Shown one piece after another: positions 19,779 through 31,642 of a stretch of 64,000 nt of DNA (position 1 is its first letter; each line of letters opens with the position of its first letter). A model generated the notes under the pieces. That model had not been told where the DNA came from. It saw only the letters and a program-made list of their open reading frames with translations, and did no database searches. Position numbers and translations under genes: made by a program. Source of the stretch: Polyangiales bacterium (GTDB lineage Bacteria > Myxococcota_A > Polyangia > Polyangiales > Polyangiaceae); assembly GCA_038230375.1 (NCBI GenBank), contig JBBRNJ010000037.1, forward strand, positions 17,443-81,442. The letters run 5' to 3'.

Positions 19779-22520
19779 ATGGCAGAGACGTTCGTCGGAC
19801 GCGAAACAGAGCTACGCGCTCTGGCGCAGCTGATGCAGACAGCACGCCTCTGCACCGTGCTGGGCACGGGCGGGGTTGGCAAGAGCGCGCTCGTGATGGA
19901 GCACAAGAGGCGCACGGACCTGGTGGGACCCGCGTTCTGCGATCTGTCGATGGCGCGCACGGAAGAGGATGTGTGTCGGCGCGTGGCCCAGACACTGAGC
20001 ACCGGGCTCGCCATCGCGGGCGAGCGCGCGACACGCATCAACGCACTCGGTGACGCGCTGGCCGCGTGCGGGACTGACATCACGCTGGTCCTGGACGATG
20101 CCGAGGCCGTTGCGAAAGAGCTCGGCCCGCTTTGCGAGAGCTGGCTCGCGCGCGCGCCGAACGCGCGTATCCTGATCACCTCCCGCGTTCGCATCGGTGC
20201 GCGCAACGAGCACGTGCTCGTCGTGGAGCCGCTTGCGCTCGCGTCCAGCGCAGGTCCGTCGGATGCGGCCAAGCTCTTCGTGCTGCGCGCACGGGCGGCC
20301 GGCGCAGCTGTGAACGACACCGACCTGCATGCAGTGGAGTCGCTCGTACATCTGCTGGACGGCTTGCCGCTCGCCATAGAGCTCATGGCCGCTCGCGCGC
20401 GCCTGTTTCCCGTGGCCGTGCTCCTGACCCGACTGACCTCGGGCGCCGAGCTGTCGGGAGACGAGCACACCGGGGACAACCGTCATTCCACCATGCGCGG
20501 TGTCGTGGCGGGCAGCTTCGCGCTGCTCGAGGAGCGCGATCGAGAGGCGCTCCTTTCGTTTGCATGTTTCCGTGGAGGGTTCTCCATCGACGCGGCGGAG
20601 GCCATGCTCGGGCCGGACGGTCTCTTCGCGCTCACGCGGCTTGCCGATGCATCGTTGGTCCGGAGCGTGACCACACGTGACGGAGCTGCGCGCTTCGACC
20701 TCTTCCAGTCGGTTCGCGCATCCGCGACCGAACGCATGAAGGAACGCGCCGGTCATGAACGGGCGCTGTTTCTCGCTCACGCGGCTCACATGGCCAACGC
20801 GGCGGTGGGTTTCCGCAAGAACGCGCGCGCGACCGGAGGCATCGCGTGGCTCTTGTCTCTCGACCGTGAGCACGACAACCTGGTCACCGCGCTCCTGCGC
20901 CTTCTCACTCCAGGAACAGCGCCGGACAACGAGGCCATCCGCCTTGCGCTCGTCCTGGCAGTGGAGCTGGAGCCGATTCGCTTGCTGCGTGGTCACGCCG
21001 CCACGTACGCGGAGTGGCTGCTTGCGACGCTTGCACTCGCATCGCGAACAGACGCTTCGGCGCCAGACATGCGGCAGCTTGTCCTCCGTGCCACGCTCTG
21101 CCACGCGCGTGCGCTCCTGGAGCTGGGCCTCGCGCGCGAGAGCCGCAAGGAGTTCGGTCGCGCGCTCGCGCTCGCCGTGGCGGCGGCCGACGCGGTTCAC
21201 GAGGCGCACGCGCTCTGCGGGATCGCGCGACTGGATGCCCATGCGGGAGAGTGGCAGCGCGCGCTGGATGTCCTGGCCGATGCAAAGTTGTGTGCCATCC
21301 GCTCGAACGATCAGGCCCTGCTGCACATGATCCTGGCGAACGAGTCCTTCCACGGCTCCGAGCTGCACGACGGAGAAGAAGAGCTGGGGCACCTGGAGAG
21401 GGCCGCCGCGTTCTTCAAGGCGGACGGTGACGAGCGCGAGAGCCTCTACTGGACGGTGCAGCTTGGACGCGCGTACACCGATTTCGATCGGCAAGAACGA
21501 GCGCTCGCCCGCCTGGAGGACGCATCGGCACGAGCGCGAGCGATCGGCGACCGACGAACGGAGGGCCTTGCAGCGTTCGGGCTGGGCGGTGCATATCTGA
21601 GCCGCGCGCAGCTCGACCTGGCGCGAACCGCGTACGCGCGCGCCGCTGCGATCCTGGGAGAGGTGGGCAAGGAACGTGAGCGCGGATATGCGCTGGGATA
21701 CCTGGGCGCCGTGGAGCACCTTCGCGGCCGCATGGACGATGCAGAGTCCGCATACATGACTGCGTGCGCCACGCTCACGTCGGTCGGCGATGCACCGAAT
21801 GCGACGCTGTTCTCCCTGTTCCTCGCGGGCCTGCTCGCGGACGTCGATCGAAGCCGAGAGTCTGCGGCATCTCTTGGGCGTGCGAACGCGGGCGTTGCGG
21901 CGGCGAACGGCAGCGGGATGCGCACGGTGGTCGCGAAGCTATCGCGCGCGATGCTGGAGTCGTGTCTAGCGCGCGCGGCGCTCCAGACGGGCGATCTGGA
22001 TGGCTTCATGCAACACCGGCGCGACGCGGACGCGTGCCTTCGCGTCGCCGAGTCGCGTCCCGTGCATGTGGAGAGCGCCCGCACGACGTACGACTGGCGC
22101 GACGTCTCGCTGGATGTGCGCGTGGCGTTCCGTCTTGCGCAGCGGGCTGTGCTCGCCGTGAGCGCGCTGCAGCTTCCCGCGGGCTGCGTCGTGGTCGCGG
22201 GCGCATGCGCGCGCGTTCGCCCGCGGACGGACGCGCCATGGATCGAGCTTCAACGACGACACGCGCTCCGTCGCATCATGGTGCGGCTGGTGGATGCACA
22301 GAAGGAGACGCCCGGAGCAGTGGTGGTCGCAGCCGACCTCATCACCGCGGGGTGGCCCGACGAGCAGATCGCCCAGAAGGCAGCGATGAACCGCCTCCAC
22401 GTCGCCCTGGGGACTCTGCGACATATGGGCCTGGGTGCGGTGCTCGAGCACCAGGACCAAGGGTGGCGTCTGGCGCCCCATGCGCCCGTGCTGCGCGTCG
22501 CGGAGGACTGGAGCGATTGA
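19779..22520 (+). CDS. STAND-type (NB-ARC/AAA) ATPase with TPR repeats and C-terminal winged-helix domain
   Basis: FVGRETEL, Walker A GTGGVGKS, Walker B LVLDDAE, LDGLPLAIEL, TPR-like helices, C-terminal WP.E...NRLHVALGTLR.MGL. Confidence 0.85.
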   Translation: MAETFVGRETELRALAQLMQTARLCTVLGTGGVGKSALVMEHKRRTDLVGPAFCDLSMARTEEDVCRRVAQTLSTGLAIAGERATRINALGDALAACGTDITLVLDDAEAVAKELGPLCESWLARAPNARILITSRVRIGARNEHVLVVEPLALASSAGPSDAAKLFVLRARAAGAAVNDTDLHAVESLVHLLDGLPLAIELMAARARLFPVAVLLTRLTSGAELSGDEHTGDNRHSTMRGVVAGSFALLEERDREALLSFACFRGGFSIDAAEAMLGPDGLFALTRLADASLVRSVTTRDGAARFDLFQSVRASATERMKERAGHERALFLAHAAHMANAAVGFRKNARATGGIAWLLSLDREHDNLVTALLRLLTPGTAPDNEAIRLALVLAVELEPIRLLRGHAATYAEWLLATLALASRTDASAPDMRQLVLRATLCHARALLELGLARESRKEFGRALALAVAAADAVHEAHALCGIARLDAHAGEWQRALDVLADAKLCAIRSNDQALLHMILANESFHGSELHDGEEELGHLERAAAFFKADGDERESLYWTVQLGRAYTDFDRQERALARLEDASARARAIGDRRTEGLAAFGLGGAYLSRAQLDLARTAYARAAAILGEVGKERERGYALGYLGAVEHLRGRMDDAESAYMTACATLTSVGDAPNATLFSLFLAGLLADVDRSRESAASLGRANAGVAAANGSGMRTVVAKLSRAMLESCLARAALQTGDLDGFMQHRRDADACLRVAESRPVHVESARTTYDWRDVSLDVRVAFRLAQRAVLAVSALQLPAGCVVVAGACARVRPRTDAPWIELQRRHALRRIMVRLVDAQKETPGAVVVAADLITAGWPDEQIAQKAAMNRLHVALGTLRHMGLGAVLEHQDQGWRLAPHAPVLRVAEDWSD

Positions 22521-22541
22521 CCCTGCGCCCCCTGCGCGGGT

Positions 22542-22916
22542 TCAGCCTTCGGTGGGGTAGAAGAACTCCTCCCGGACGATCTTGTCGTTCTCGACGGTGA
22601 AGAGGGCGGCCTCTTCCATCTGGAAACGCTTGCCGCTCGGCTTGTTCGTCACGTCGTAGCTGAAGCGCACGACGAAGCGGTTGCCGTTCGGCCATGGTCC
22701 TTCGACCTTGGAGCTGTGGACTTCGTGGTTCTCCATCCACTGCTTGCCCTTGGCGGCCACCGCCTTGATGCCGCGCGACTCGGCGGAGGTGGCGCCGGGC
22801 GGGGTGCCGGCTTCGACGCTGACAATGTCAGGCGAGAACAGCGTCTCGAGCGCAATGTGGTTCTGGTTTGCGCTGACGAGCTCGACGTACTTCTTGGCGA
22901 TCGTGAATGTGGACAT
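22542..22916 (-). CDS. SnoaL-like / NTF2-family protein
   Basis: LFSPDIVSVEA...GP...RFVVRF...MEEAALFTVENDKIVREEFFY; AAGGAG RBS. Confidence 0.85.
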   Translation of the reverse strand: MSTFTIAKKYVELVSANQNHIALETLFSPDIVSVEAGTPPGATSAESRGIKAVAAKGKQWMENHEVHSSKVEGPWPNGNRFVVRFSYDVTNKPSGKRFQMEEAALFTVENDKIVREEFFYPTEG

Positions 22917-23048
22917 GGTGTGCTCCTTGAGAGGTGAGGAGCACCTTGTGCCTCAGAGCCCGGTTGGTCAACTGGCGGCGTTTGCGACGCTGTTCGAAGT
23001 TGACAGGAGGATGTCAGGATACGAGAGCGCAGCAAGAGGTCGATCGGG

Positions 23049-24017
23049 TCAGTCGCTGGATGCGTCGGAGGCATCATTTGCTGCGTCGTCCGATGCGTCA
23101 GCAGCTCCTCCGTCCGGCATGGCGGTGGGGCAGCCTCCAGGCATCAGCGTGAGGGTCACGTTGTCCGTGATCGTCTTGCCATACGCGTTGAGGATGCACA
23201 TGGGGGTGCCTGCGTCGCCGCTGGAGGTGAGCGCCTCCACTTGCTTGATCGTCCAGCTGTCCCCGGACTCGAATGTGCCGGGGTGGCTCTGCATCGCGAA
23301 CGTGATGCTCTCCATGGGCTGCGCGCTTGCGAGCCCGAGATTCACTGCGACCGTGGATCCGGCCGGAAATCTCTGCGTGAGTGGCCTCTGGTCCGTGGCT
23401 CCGCCCTGGTAGTTCACGCTCACGGACGCCGTGCTGTCACCTCGCAGATCATCGCCCCCCGTCACGACGACGATCTGCAGCACACCAGTCGCGCAGCCTC
23501 CTGCCACAACCACGACCGGCTGTCCGTCCGTCACGGTCCCTCCCGGGCGATCGAGCACGCACGTCGGCGCGCCACCGTCCGCAGACGACACCGCCGCACG
23601 AACCTTCTGCACCGTCCAGCTGTCGTTCGACTCCAGATCCTTGAGCGGGTGGCTGACGAGCGAGAACCGCAGGCTCTCGATCGGTTGGCTCGAGTGGATC
23701 GCGGTCTGGATGTGTGTCGTCGAGCCTTCCGTGAAGTTCGTCGGCCCCGTGCTGCCGCCGCTGTAGAACGGAAGGGCGAGCACCTCGCTCTTGCCGTCCA
23801 TGTAACGGATCGTCGCCGTGGCATCCGTGTTGAGCCGCAGGCTGTCGCTGCCCGTCACGATGTCGAGAGCCAGCGTGCCCACCACGTCTTGATTTCCTGC
23901 TTCAACTCCCGAATCGACGACGCTACCGGTTCCGCCGCCGGGGCTTTCGCCGTTCGTCGACGAGCAAGCCGAAACGAGCCTGCACACCGCGAGGAGACAT
24001 CCCGCGCCCCACCCCAT
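23049..24017 (-). CDS. Lipoprotein with two tandem beta-sandwich repeats (TG.D.LR motif)
   Basis: Lipobox VSAC; repeats IVTGSDSLR...SNDSWTV...GGC and VVTGGDDLR...SGDSWTI...GGC. Start uncertain (24017-24056). Confidence 0.7.
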   Translation of the reverse strand: MGWGAGCLLAVCRLVSACSSTNGESPGGGTGSVVDSGVEAGNQDVVGTLALDIVTGSDSLRLNTDATATIRYMDGKSEVLALPFYSGGSTGPTNFTEGSTTHIQTAIHSSQPIESLRFSLVSHPLKDLESNDSWTVQKVRAAVSSADGGAPTCVLDRPGGTVTDGQPVVVVAGGCATGVLQIVVVTGGDDLRGDSTASVSVNYQGGATDQRPLTQRFPAGSTVAVNLGLASAQPMESITFAMQSHPGTFESGDSWTIKQVEALTSSGDAGTPMCILNAYGKTITDNVTLTLMPGGCPTAMPDGGAADASDDAANDASDASSD

Positions 24018-24179
24018 TCGCCGCGCTCGCTTCACCATCACAATGAACGTTGCCATCGACTGATAGGTGGCCCGCGCCGCCGCGCACCAGACAAGGGCGA
24101 CGCGGTTTCGTGTGCGCATGTGCGACAGCGCGACGCGAAAGTCGCTGTGGTAGCCTCGAGGAGGACCGGGCTTGGAGAA

Positions 24180-26569
<2,390 letters not shown>

Positions 26570-26573
<4 letters not shown>

Positions 26574-27343
26574 GGCTGGGGTCCGCCTTTTCCGTCGCGG
26601 CCGGCCTTGCCTTGCTCGGTGGGTGCTCGCTCGCGACGTCGTTCGCCGGCCTGTCGGGCTCCGCGGACGTTGGCGGCGCGGTGGGTGACGGCGGTCCGGC
26701 CGCGGGACCTGACGGCTCCACATCGAACAACGGCGACGCTGGCTCTGCGGACGGCTCCATGTCGAGCGCGGGCTGGGGCGCGGTGACCATCATCCAGTCC
26801 CGCCGGTCCACCGGTAAACCAGGTGTTGATCTCGATCAGCCGACCACCAAAGGGACGATGCTCGTCGTGTTCTGCCCCGACCCCAAGCCGCCGACGCCCT
26901 CGGGGACCGCGCCGAAGTGGCAGATGATGAAGGCCTCGTACGGCGGAACGATCGTGATCTGGCCCGACCACCCTGGCGGCATCACGCACTTCACGATCAT
27001 GGACGGAAACAACGACCTCTTCTTCCTGGAGATGTCTGGTGTCCCGGCGGACGTGCACCTCTCGGACGAGGTCGACACTGGTGCGAAGGCTAGCGGCACC
27101 ACGACAGAGTCGCTCACCGCAACGTCCTCGCCCGGTCCGCACTCCGTTGCGTTCGTCTACATCGACACGACGACCGGATCGTCGGCCTCCGCGGACACGG
27201 GCTGGACGTCGCTCGGCACCGACAGCAACAACGACTTCGCGTGGTTCCGGCTGGATCCGACCGCGCCATTCAGCGCCACCGTGACCTTCTCTCCGCAGTC
27301 CCCCGCGGCGATGATGATGGTGCAGGTCGGCAACGGCAACTGA
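26570..27343 (+). CDS. Lipoprotein of unknown function, coupled to the kinase
   Basis: GTGA overlap with the kinase stop; lipobox LGGC-SL; beta-rich C-terminus. Confidence 0.75.
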
Positions 27344-27413
27344 AGGCGCGTGGCGTGCAGCAGTGTCGCGTGGGGCGAGACCCGCAGTGGACCTCGCCCC
27401 AGGCAACGCGGTT

Positions 27414-28817
27414 CTAGCGGCAGGTGGAGGGTCCGCCCGCGCAGTTGCGCAGGCCGTACGTCGTGCGCTGTGCGTCGGTCACGGCGCGTCCGTTGCCGTC
27501 GACCCAGCTGCCGTAGCAGTTCATCGAGGCCGCGTTCGTGGGCGTCGCTGACTCGCCGGTGCAGCCGTAGACCTGGCTACGATCGACGCCTGCACGATCC
27601 GCGAGGTCCGCTGCGACGCGGTTGCCATCTCCGTCCGCTGCGCCAGAGAAGCACGCGCCCGCGATGACAGGGCTGCGACCCATGGTGACCATGCGGAGCG
27701 TGGCTGTGTCGGGGGTGTCCGCCATGCGACCAGGCGCGCCGTGCGTGCTGATGACTGCCGCCTCGGGATGCATCTCGGCGTAGAGGTGCTCGCGAGCGAG
27801 CGCACTGTCGCCCGGCTCGCCGCTGACCCAGAAGTTCATTCCGACGTTGCGCCGAAAGCCCGGAGGCGGATCGCTGCCCGGACGCGTGTCTTCGTCGGCG
27901 CTGTACGGGGTGGCCTCGCCGCGGTCGGTCTGGTCGCCGGAGGGCGTCTCACCCAGGCCTTCTTCCGGCGTCGCGGGGTCGACGCCGTTCACGTCGTCGG
28001 CCGGGTCGCCGTTCGGGTTGGTCGCGTTGTCGCCGGATGGCCCCGTGTTCTCGAGCGCGATCGACCCGGGATCGAGCGACGCGAGAGAGGGCCCGGTGCG
28101 CGACAGCTCGCCGCCCTTGGCCCAGACCATGGTGCGCAGCCAGACCTGGATCTCGTACTTGTCGAGGCGTGTGACGTATCCGCTTCCGGACGAATCGCCC
28201 GCACCCGCGTAGACGCCGATGAGCGCACCGTCGGAGCGAACGACGCTTCCGCCGAGCGTTGCGTCGTGCGAGTCGCCGGTGAGGCGAAGCGCGTACGGAC
28301 GCCCGACGGACGGGTGGGTGTCGATCGAGAGCGCGTGCGGGTTCACGCTCCCAGTCGCAGTACGGCCATGCGCGGTTGCCTTGGCGCCGAAGGGTGAATC
28401 GGATGCGACTGTTGCGTAGTGAGATGCCTGGATGGGCGTGCGCAGCGAGAGGAGCGCAAGGTCGTGCTCACGCGCGTGGTCGCCTGACGTGTTCCAGTCG
28501 TAGCGATAGACCTTGGCGACCTCTGACGAGGCGCCGCCCGCATGTGACGCCGTGACGCGCGCTGACTTGCTGCCGTCCGCGCATCGGGCTGATGTCAGCA
28601 CCACGTTCGGCGAGAGCAGCGTTCCTGCGCACGACTGCACGTGACCGCCGGCATAGAAGTCCACGGACACGACGTCCGCAGTGTCGGCGTTCGCGCTCTC
28701 TGCGCTCCCGGACGACGTTGTTGCGCTGCCGCAGCCGGCGAGGAGGGGAGCCGCGATGGTTGCACAAGTGAGAAGGATGGCGCGCGTGCGCGCCGCCAGG
28801 GCGATACCAAGTTTCAT
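27414..28817 (-). CDS. Lipoprotein: inactive trypsin-like domain + acidic linker + His/Cys C-terminal domain
   Basis: Lipobox LAGC; CAGTLLSPNVVLTSARC, HDLALL, TLGGS..LIGV; C-terminal STHGAPG...IAGAC...AADLA...VYGCTG. Confidence 0.75.
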   Translation of the reverse strand: MKLGIALAARTRAILLTCATIAAPLLAGCGSATTSSGSAESANADTADVVSVDFYAGGHVQSCAGTLLSPNVVLTSARCADGSKSARVTASHAGGASSEVAKVYRYDWNTSGDHAREHDLALLSLRTPIQASHYATVASDSPFGAKATAHGRTATGSVNPHALSIDTHPSVGRPYALRLTGDSHDATLGGSVVRSDGALIGVYAGAGDSSGSGYVTRLDKYEIQVWLRTMVWAKGGELSRTGPSLASLDPGSIALENTGPSGDNATNPNGDPADDVNGVDPATPEEGLGETPSGDQTDRGEATPYSADEDTRPGSDPPPGFRRNVGMNFWVSGEPGDSALAREHLYAEMHPEAAVISTHGAPGRMADTPDTATLRMVTMGRSPVIAGACFSGAADGDGNRVAADLADRAGVDRSQVYGCTGESATPTNAASMNCYGSWVDGNGRAVTDAQRTTYGLRNCAGGPSTCR

Positions 28818-29045
28818 GACGTACCTCGATTCGAGTGGGGTTAAGTCCTCGCGGGATCGCGAGGGTCATCAACGGTCATCGCAAGGCCCGGTCCATGCGG
28901 ACGCGAATCGCGTTCGATGCAGATTGCAGGCATTTTTCCAGGGCCCGCCGCGAATTGTCTCCTTCGAGCAACGGATGAAAGTCGACCTTGCGTGGAGCGT
29001 GCGCACCACGCCACGAGCAGCGCGCCGCGGGTGTATCGTCGATCC

Positions 29046-29687
29046 ATGAAGCTCGACGATTCGATGGGGAGCGGTGCGGCGGGCGCCCTCGTCGCTGCGG
29101 CGGTCGTCGGTGCTGCGTGCCTCCTGCTCCTGGGGTGCAAGAGCTCCGACGCGACTGCGCCTGCGAGCGGCATGGATGGCGGTGCGCCGATGGCCACGAC
29201 CCCTGCGGCCTCCGGGAGCGCGCCCCAGCCAGCTGACGCGGCGGCTCCTGCGGCGCAAGGTTCGCTTCCCGATCTGGCGACGCGTACAAAGCTCACACTG
29301 CGTCAGGGTCAGGGCGGGCCGTCGCAGCGTCGATGCGGAGGCATCGCGTACGAGGTCGAGCTCGATCTCACGACCAACCAATGGGTCTACGGCTACTGCG
29401 CTGCCCCCAGCGATCCGGACGTGTCGGACGCGCCTCTGACGACGAAGAAGGGACGGCTTTCGAAGGATGAGCGGGGGCGGATCGAAGTCGCATATCGGTC
29501 GGTTCGTCTGCAGCCGGATCCGCGCTGTCCGCACGACGCTGGGGTGCTCGTGGTCGAGCTGCGCGGTGGTCCCGACGGAGGCCGGAGCGCGCCGAGTGAG
29601 AGCTACGCATGCAACAAACCATTCGCGCCGAGCAACGACGCGCTCGTCCGCGCGGTCCTCGCGGTTGTGAACGCCGTGGGGCCGTGA
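29046..29687 (+). CDS. Lipoprotein of unknown function
   Basis: Lipobox LLGC, Ala/Pro linker, domain with four Cys. Start uncertain. Confidence 0.7.
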   Translation: MKLDDSMGSGAAGALVAAAVVGAACLLLLGCKSSDATAPASGMDGGAPMATTPAASGSAPQPADAAAPAAQGSLPDLATRTKLTLRQGQGGPSQRRCGGIAYEVELDLTTNQWVYGYCAAPSDPDVSDAPLTTKKGRLSKDERGRIEVAYRSVRLQPDPRCPHDAGVLVVELRGGPDGGRSAPSESYACNKPFAPSNDALVRAVLAVVNAVGP

Positions 29688-29716
29688 GATGGCCCACCAC
29701 ACCGGTCAGCGCCGAC

Positions 29717-30679
29717 TTACTTCGCGCGGTGCGGGGTGACCGTCACGGTGTAACGATGACCGTCCTCTTCACCGGTGAACGCGGTGGTGGGCTTGTCGAA
29801 CGGCGCCACGAGCGCACCGTGAGCGGTCATTTTTCGGATGCGCGCGGAGGGGGTCGCGCTCTCGATCGCGCTTGATTCGAAGTCGAAGTCGAGGTCGAGG
29901 CTGGTGCCGCGCGCGTGACCGGTCGCCTTCATGCGCGACCCGACGTCTTGCCGCGCCGACGACACGCCCGCGTCTCCCACGACGAGCGCGACGTTCGCGC
30001 CGGCCTTCGCGATGGCGGGCGCATCGCCGGATAGGTTCAATGTGAGCGTGGTGGGCGCCGCGGCGGCCCCGTCGCCCGTGTGGGCGATCGAGACGTCAAC
30101 GACATAGGCAGCGCCCGGGGCTTCTGTCGCCTTCGGCTCGAGCGGCGCGCTTGCGGTGGGGGTCGCGGACAGCTTGAACTGCATGCCGCCGTCAGAGCTC
30201 TCGAGAAGGACAGTCGCGGTGCCGACTGGCGTCGGCGTGGTGCCGTGTGACGACGCCTTTCGGATCTTCCCCGTCGCATCGAGCACGCTGGTCTCGGCCT
30301 CGACATCGAGTTGGGGAACGTCCCCTTGCATCGTGAGGCGACATTTCACCTTCGTGCCGACGTCCGCGCGGCTGCCACCGACGAACGAGACGTTCTTCGC
30401 GAACGAGACCGAGCCGAGCGTCGTGTCCGACAGATCGACGGAGAACGCTGCGCGCGCGGTGGTCTTCCCGTCGGTCGTATGGAGCACGAGATCGTAGTGG
30501 AACGCGCGCGCGGCGGACGTCGGGGAAGACAAAGCAGATGCGGCGGGCCCCGAGGGCACTACCTTCGACGAGGGGACGGCGGGCGACGCACTCCCCGACG
30601 TGGGCGCCTCCGATGACGGCGTGGTGTTGCACGCGGTGGCGATCAGCAGAGCGAGCGCGAGGCGGAGGTTCGTTGACAC
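29717..30679 (-). CDS. Lipoprotein with two tandem secretin-core-like domains
   Basis: GTG start, lipobox ATAC; two ~115-aa repeats with NV...R.DVG..........E.S....IRK...HG pattern. Confidence 0.65.
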   Translation of the reverse strand: MSTNLRLALALLIATACNTTPSSEAPTSGSASPAVPSSKVVPSGPAASALSSPTSAARAFHYDLVLHTTDGKTTARAAFSVDLSDTTLGSVSFAKNVSFVGGSRADVGTKVKCRLTMQGDVPQLDVEAETSVLDATGKIRKASSHGTTPTPVGTATVLLESSDGGMQFKLSATPTASAPLEPKATEAPGAAYVVDVSIAHTGDGAAAAPTTLTLNLSGDAPAIAKAGANVALVVGDAGVSSARQDVGSRMKATGHARGTSLDLDFDFESSAIESATPSARIRKMTAHGALVAPFDKPTTAFTGEEDGHRYTVTVTPHRAK

Positions 30680-30792
30680 GCCGGCGACCTTACACGAGCC
30701 GGCGCTATTTGCCACGCAAGGCTCGGCCGAGTTGGCGTGCTTCGCGTGGCCGCGTCCTTGCACGTGCGGCTTGCGCGAGCTATGCCGTGCGC

Positions 30793-31278
30793 ATGGCGGA
30801 TTGGCTCGTTTATCAGGAAGGTGGAGCGCATCTCGGGCCGTTTGCTGCGGAGGTGATCGCGCAGGGCATTGCGCAAGGGCGGCTCCCCGAGGGGATCTTC
30901 GTGGCGCTTCCCGGTGGGCCGCGATGGCTTCGCGCGATCGACCTTCCACTGATCGCGCAGCTCGTGAACGCAGCCAGCGCGAGCCCCATCACCGACGGGG
31001 CGCCTGCACAGCCCACCATGTCAGCGTTCGCGGCGACCATGAACCTGAACGAGGATGACGTGGAGCTGTCCGACGTGCACGTCACGACCGCTGCCACACC
31101 CGCCGTCTCCAGTATTCCGCCGCCGCTCCCGAACGCGCTCCGAAGCACGATGGTCCTGCCGTCGTCGCCACCATTGCCGCTGGCAGACCAGAAGATCGAC
31201 AGCGCGCGAAAGAAGGCTTTCGCGGAGACGGTGGTGCTCGCCAACGGTCCGAGCGCCGACATGCTTCGCAGAGTGTAG
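30793..31278 (+). CDS. GYF_2 (DUF4339)-like domain protein
   Basis: WLVYQEGGAHLGPF....I...G.L....V..PGG..W N-terminal domain, then a low-complexity tail. Confidence 0.7.
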   Translation: MADWLVYQEGGAHLGPFAAEVIAQGIAQGRLPEGIFVALPGGPRWLRAIDLPLIAQLVNAASASPITDGAPAQPTMSAFAATMNLNEDDVELSDVHVTTAATPAVSSIPPPLPNALRSTMVLPSSPPLPLADQKIDSARKKAFAETVVLANGPSADMLRRV

Positions 31279-31642
31279 AATGCACGCGTGACCGGAATTC
31301 GAGGCCAGACAGAGTGGTATGGGCAAACATGGACCTCTGCGGCGACAGGAAAGGCCAGTGGACGTCATGGAAGACCGGCGTCGAGGCGGACCTCGAGACG
31401 CTCGAGGCGAGCGACGGCGCCGACCATCTGTGGGGTGACGACCGCGCCAACACGACGTGATCGATCCGGGTCCCGGGAAGAACAGCGTTTCGTCCGGCGC
31501 AAACTGAGACACGCGCCGCATCACGCTGATTGGGGGGGCATATTTGTGAGCGACTGTGGCAATCGGCACCACGGAGCGGACCCCCTCATTTCGCTTTTCG
31601 GCCATTCTGCAGCACGGCGCGACTCGTGCTCCGTGAGAGGGC

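Noticed and set aside
28847..28864. Hairpin CCTCGCG-ggat-CGCGAGG
   Set aside because: No U-tract; lies between divergent genes; short GC stems are common by chance.
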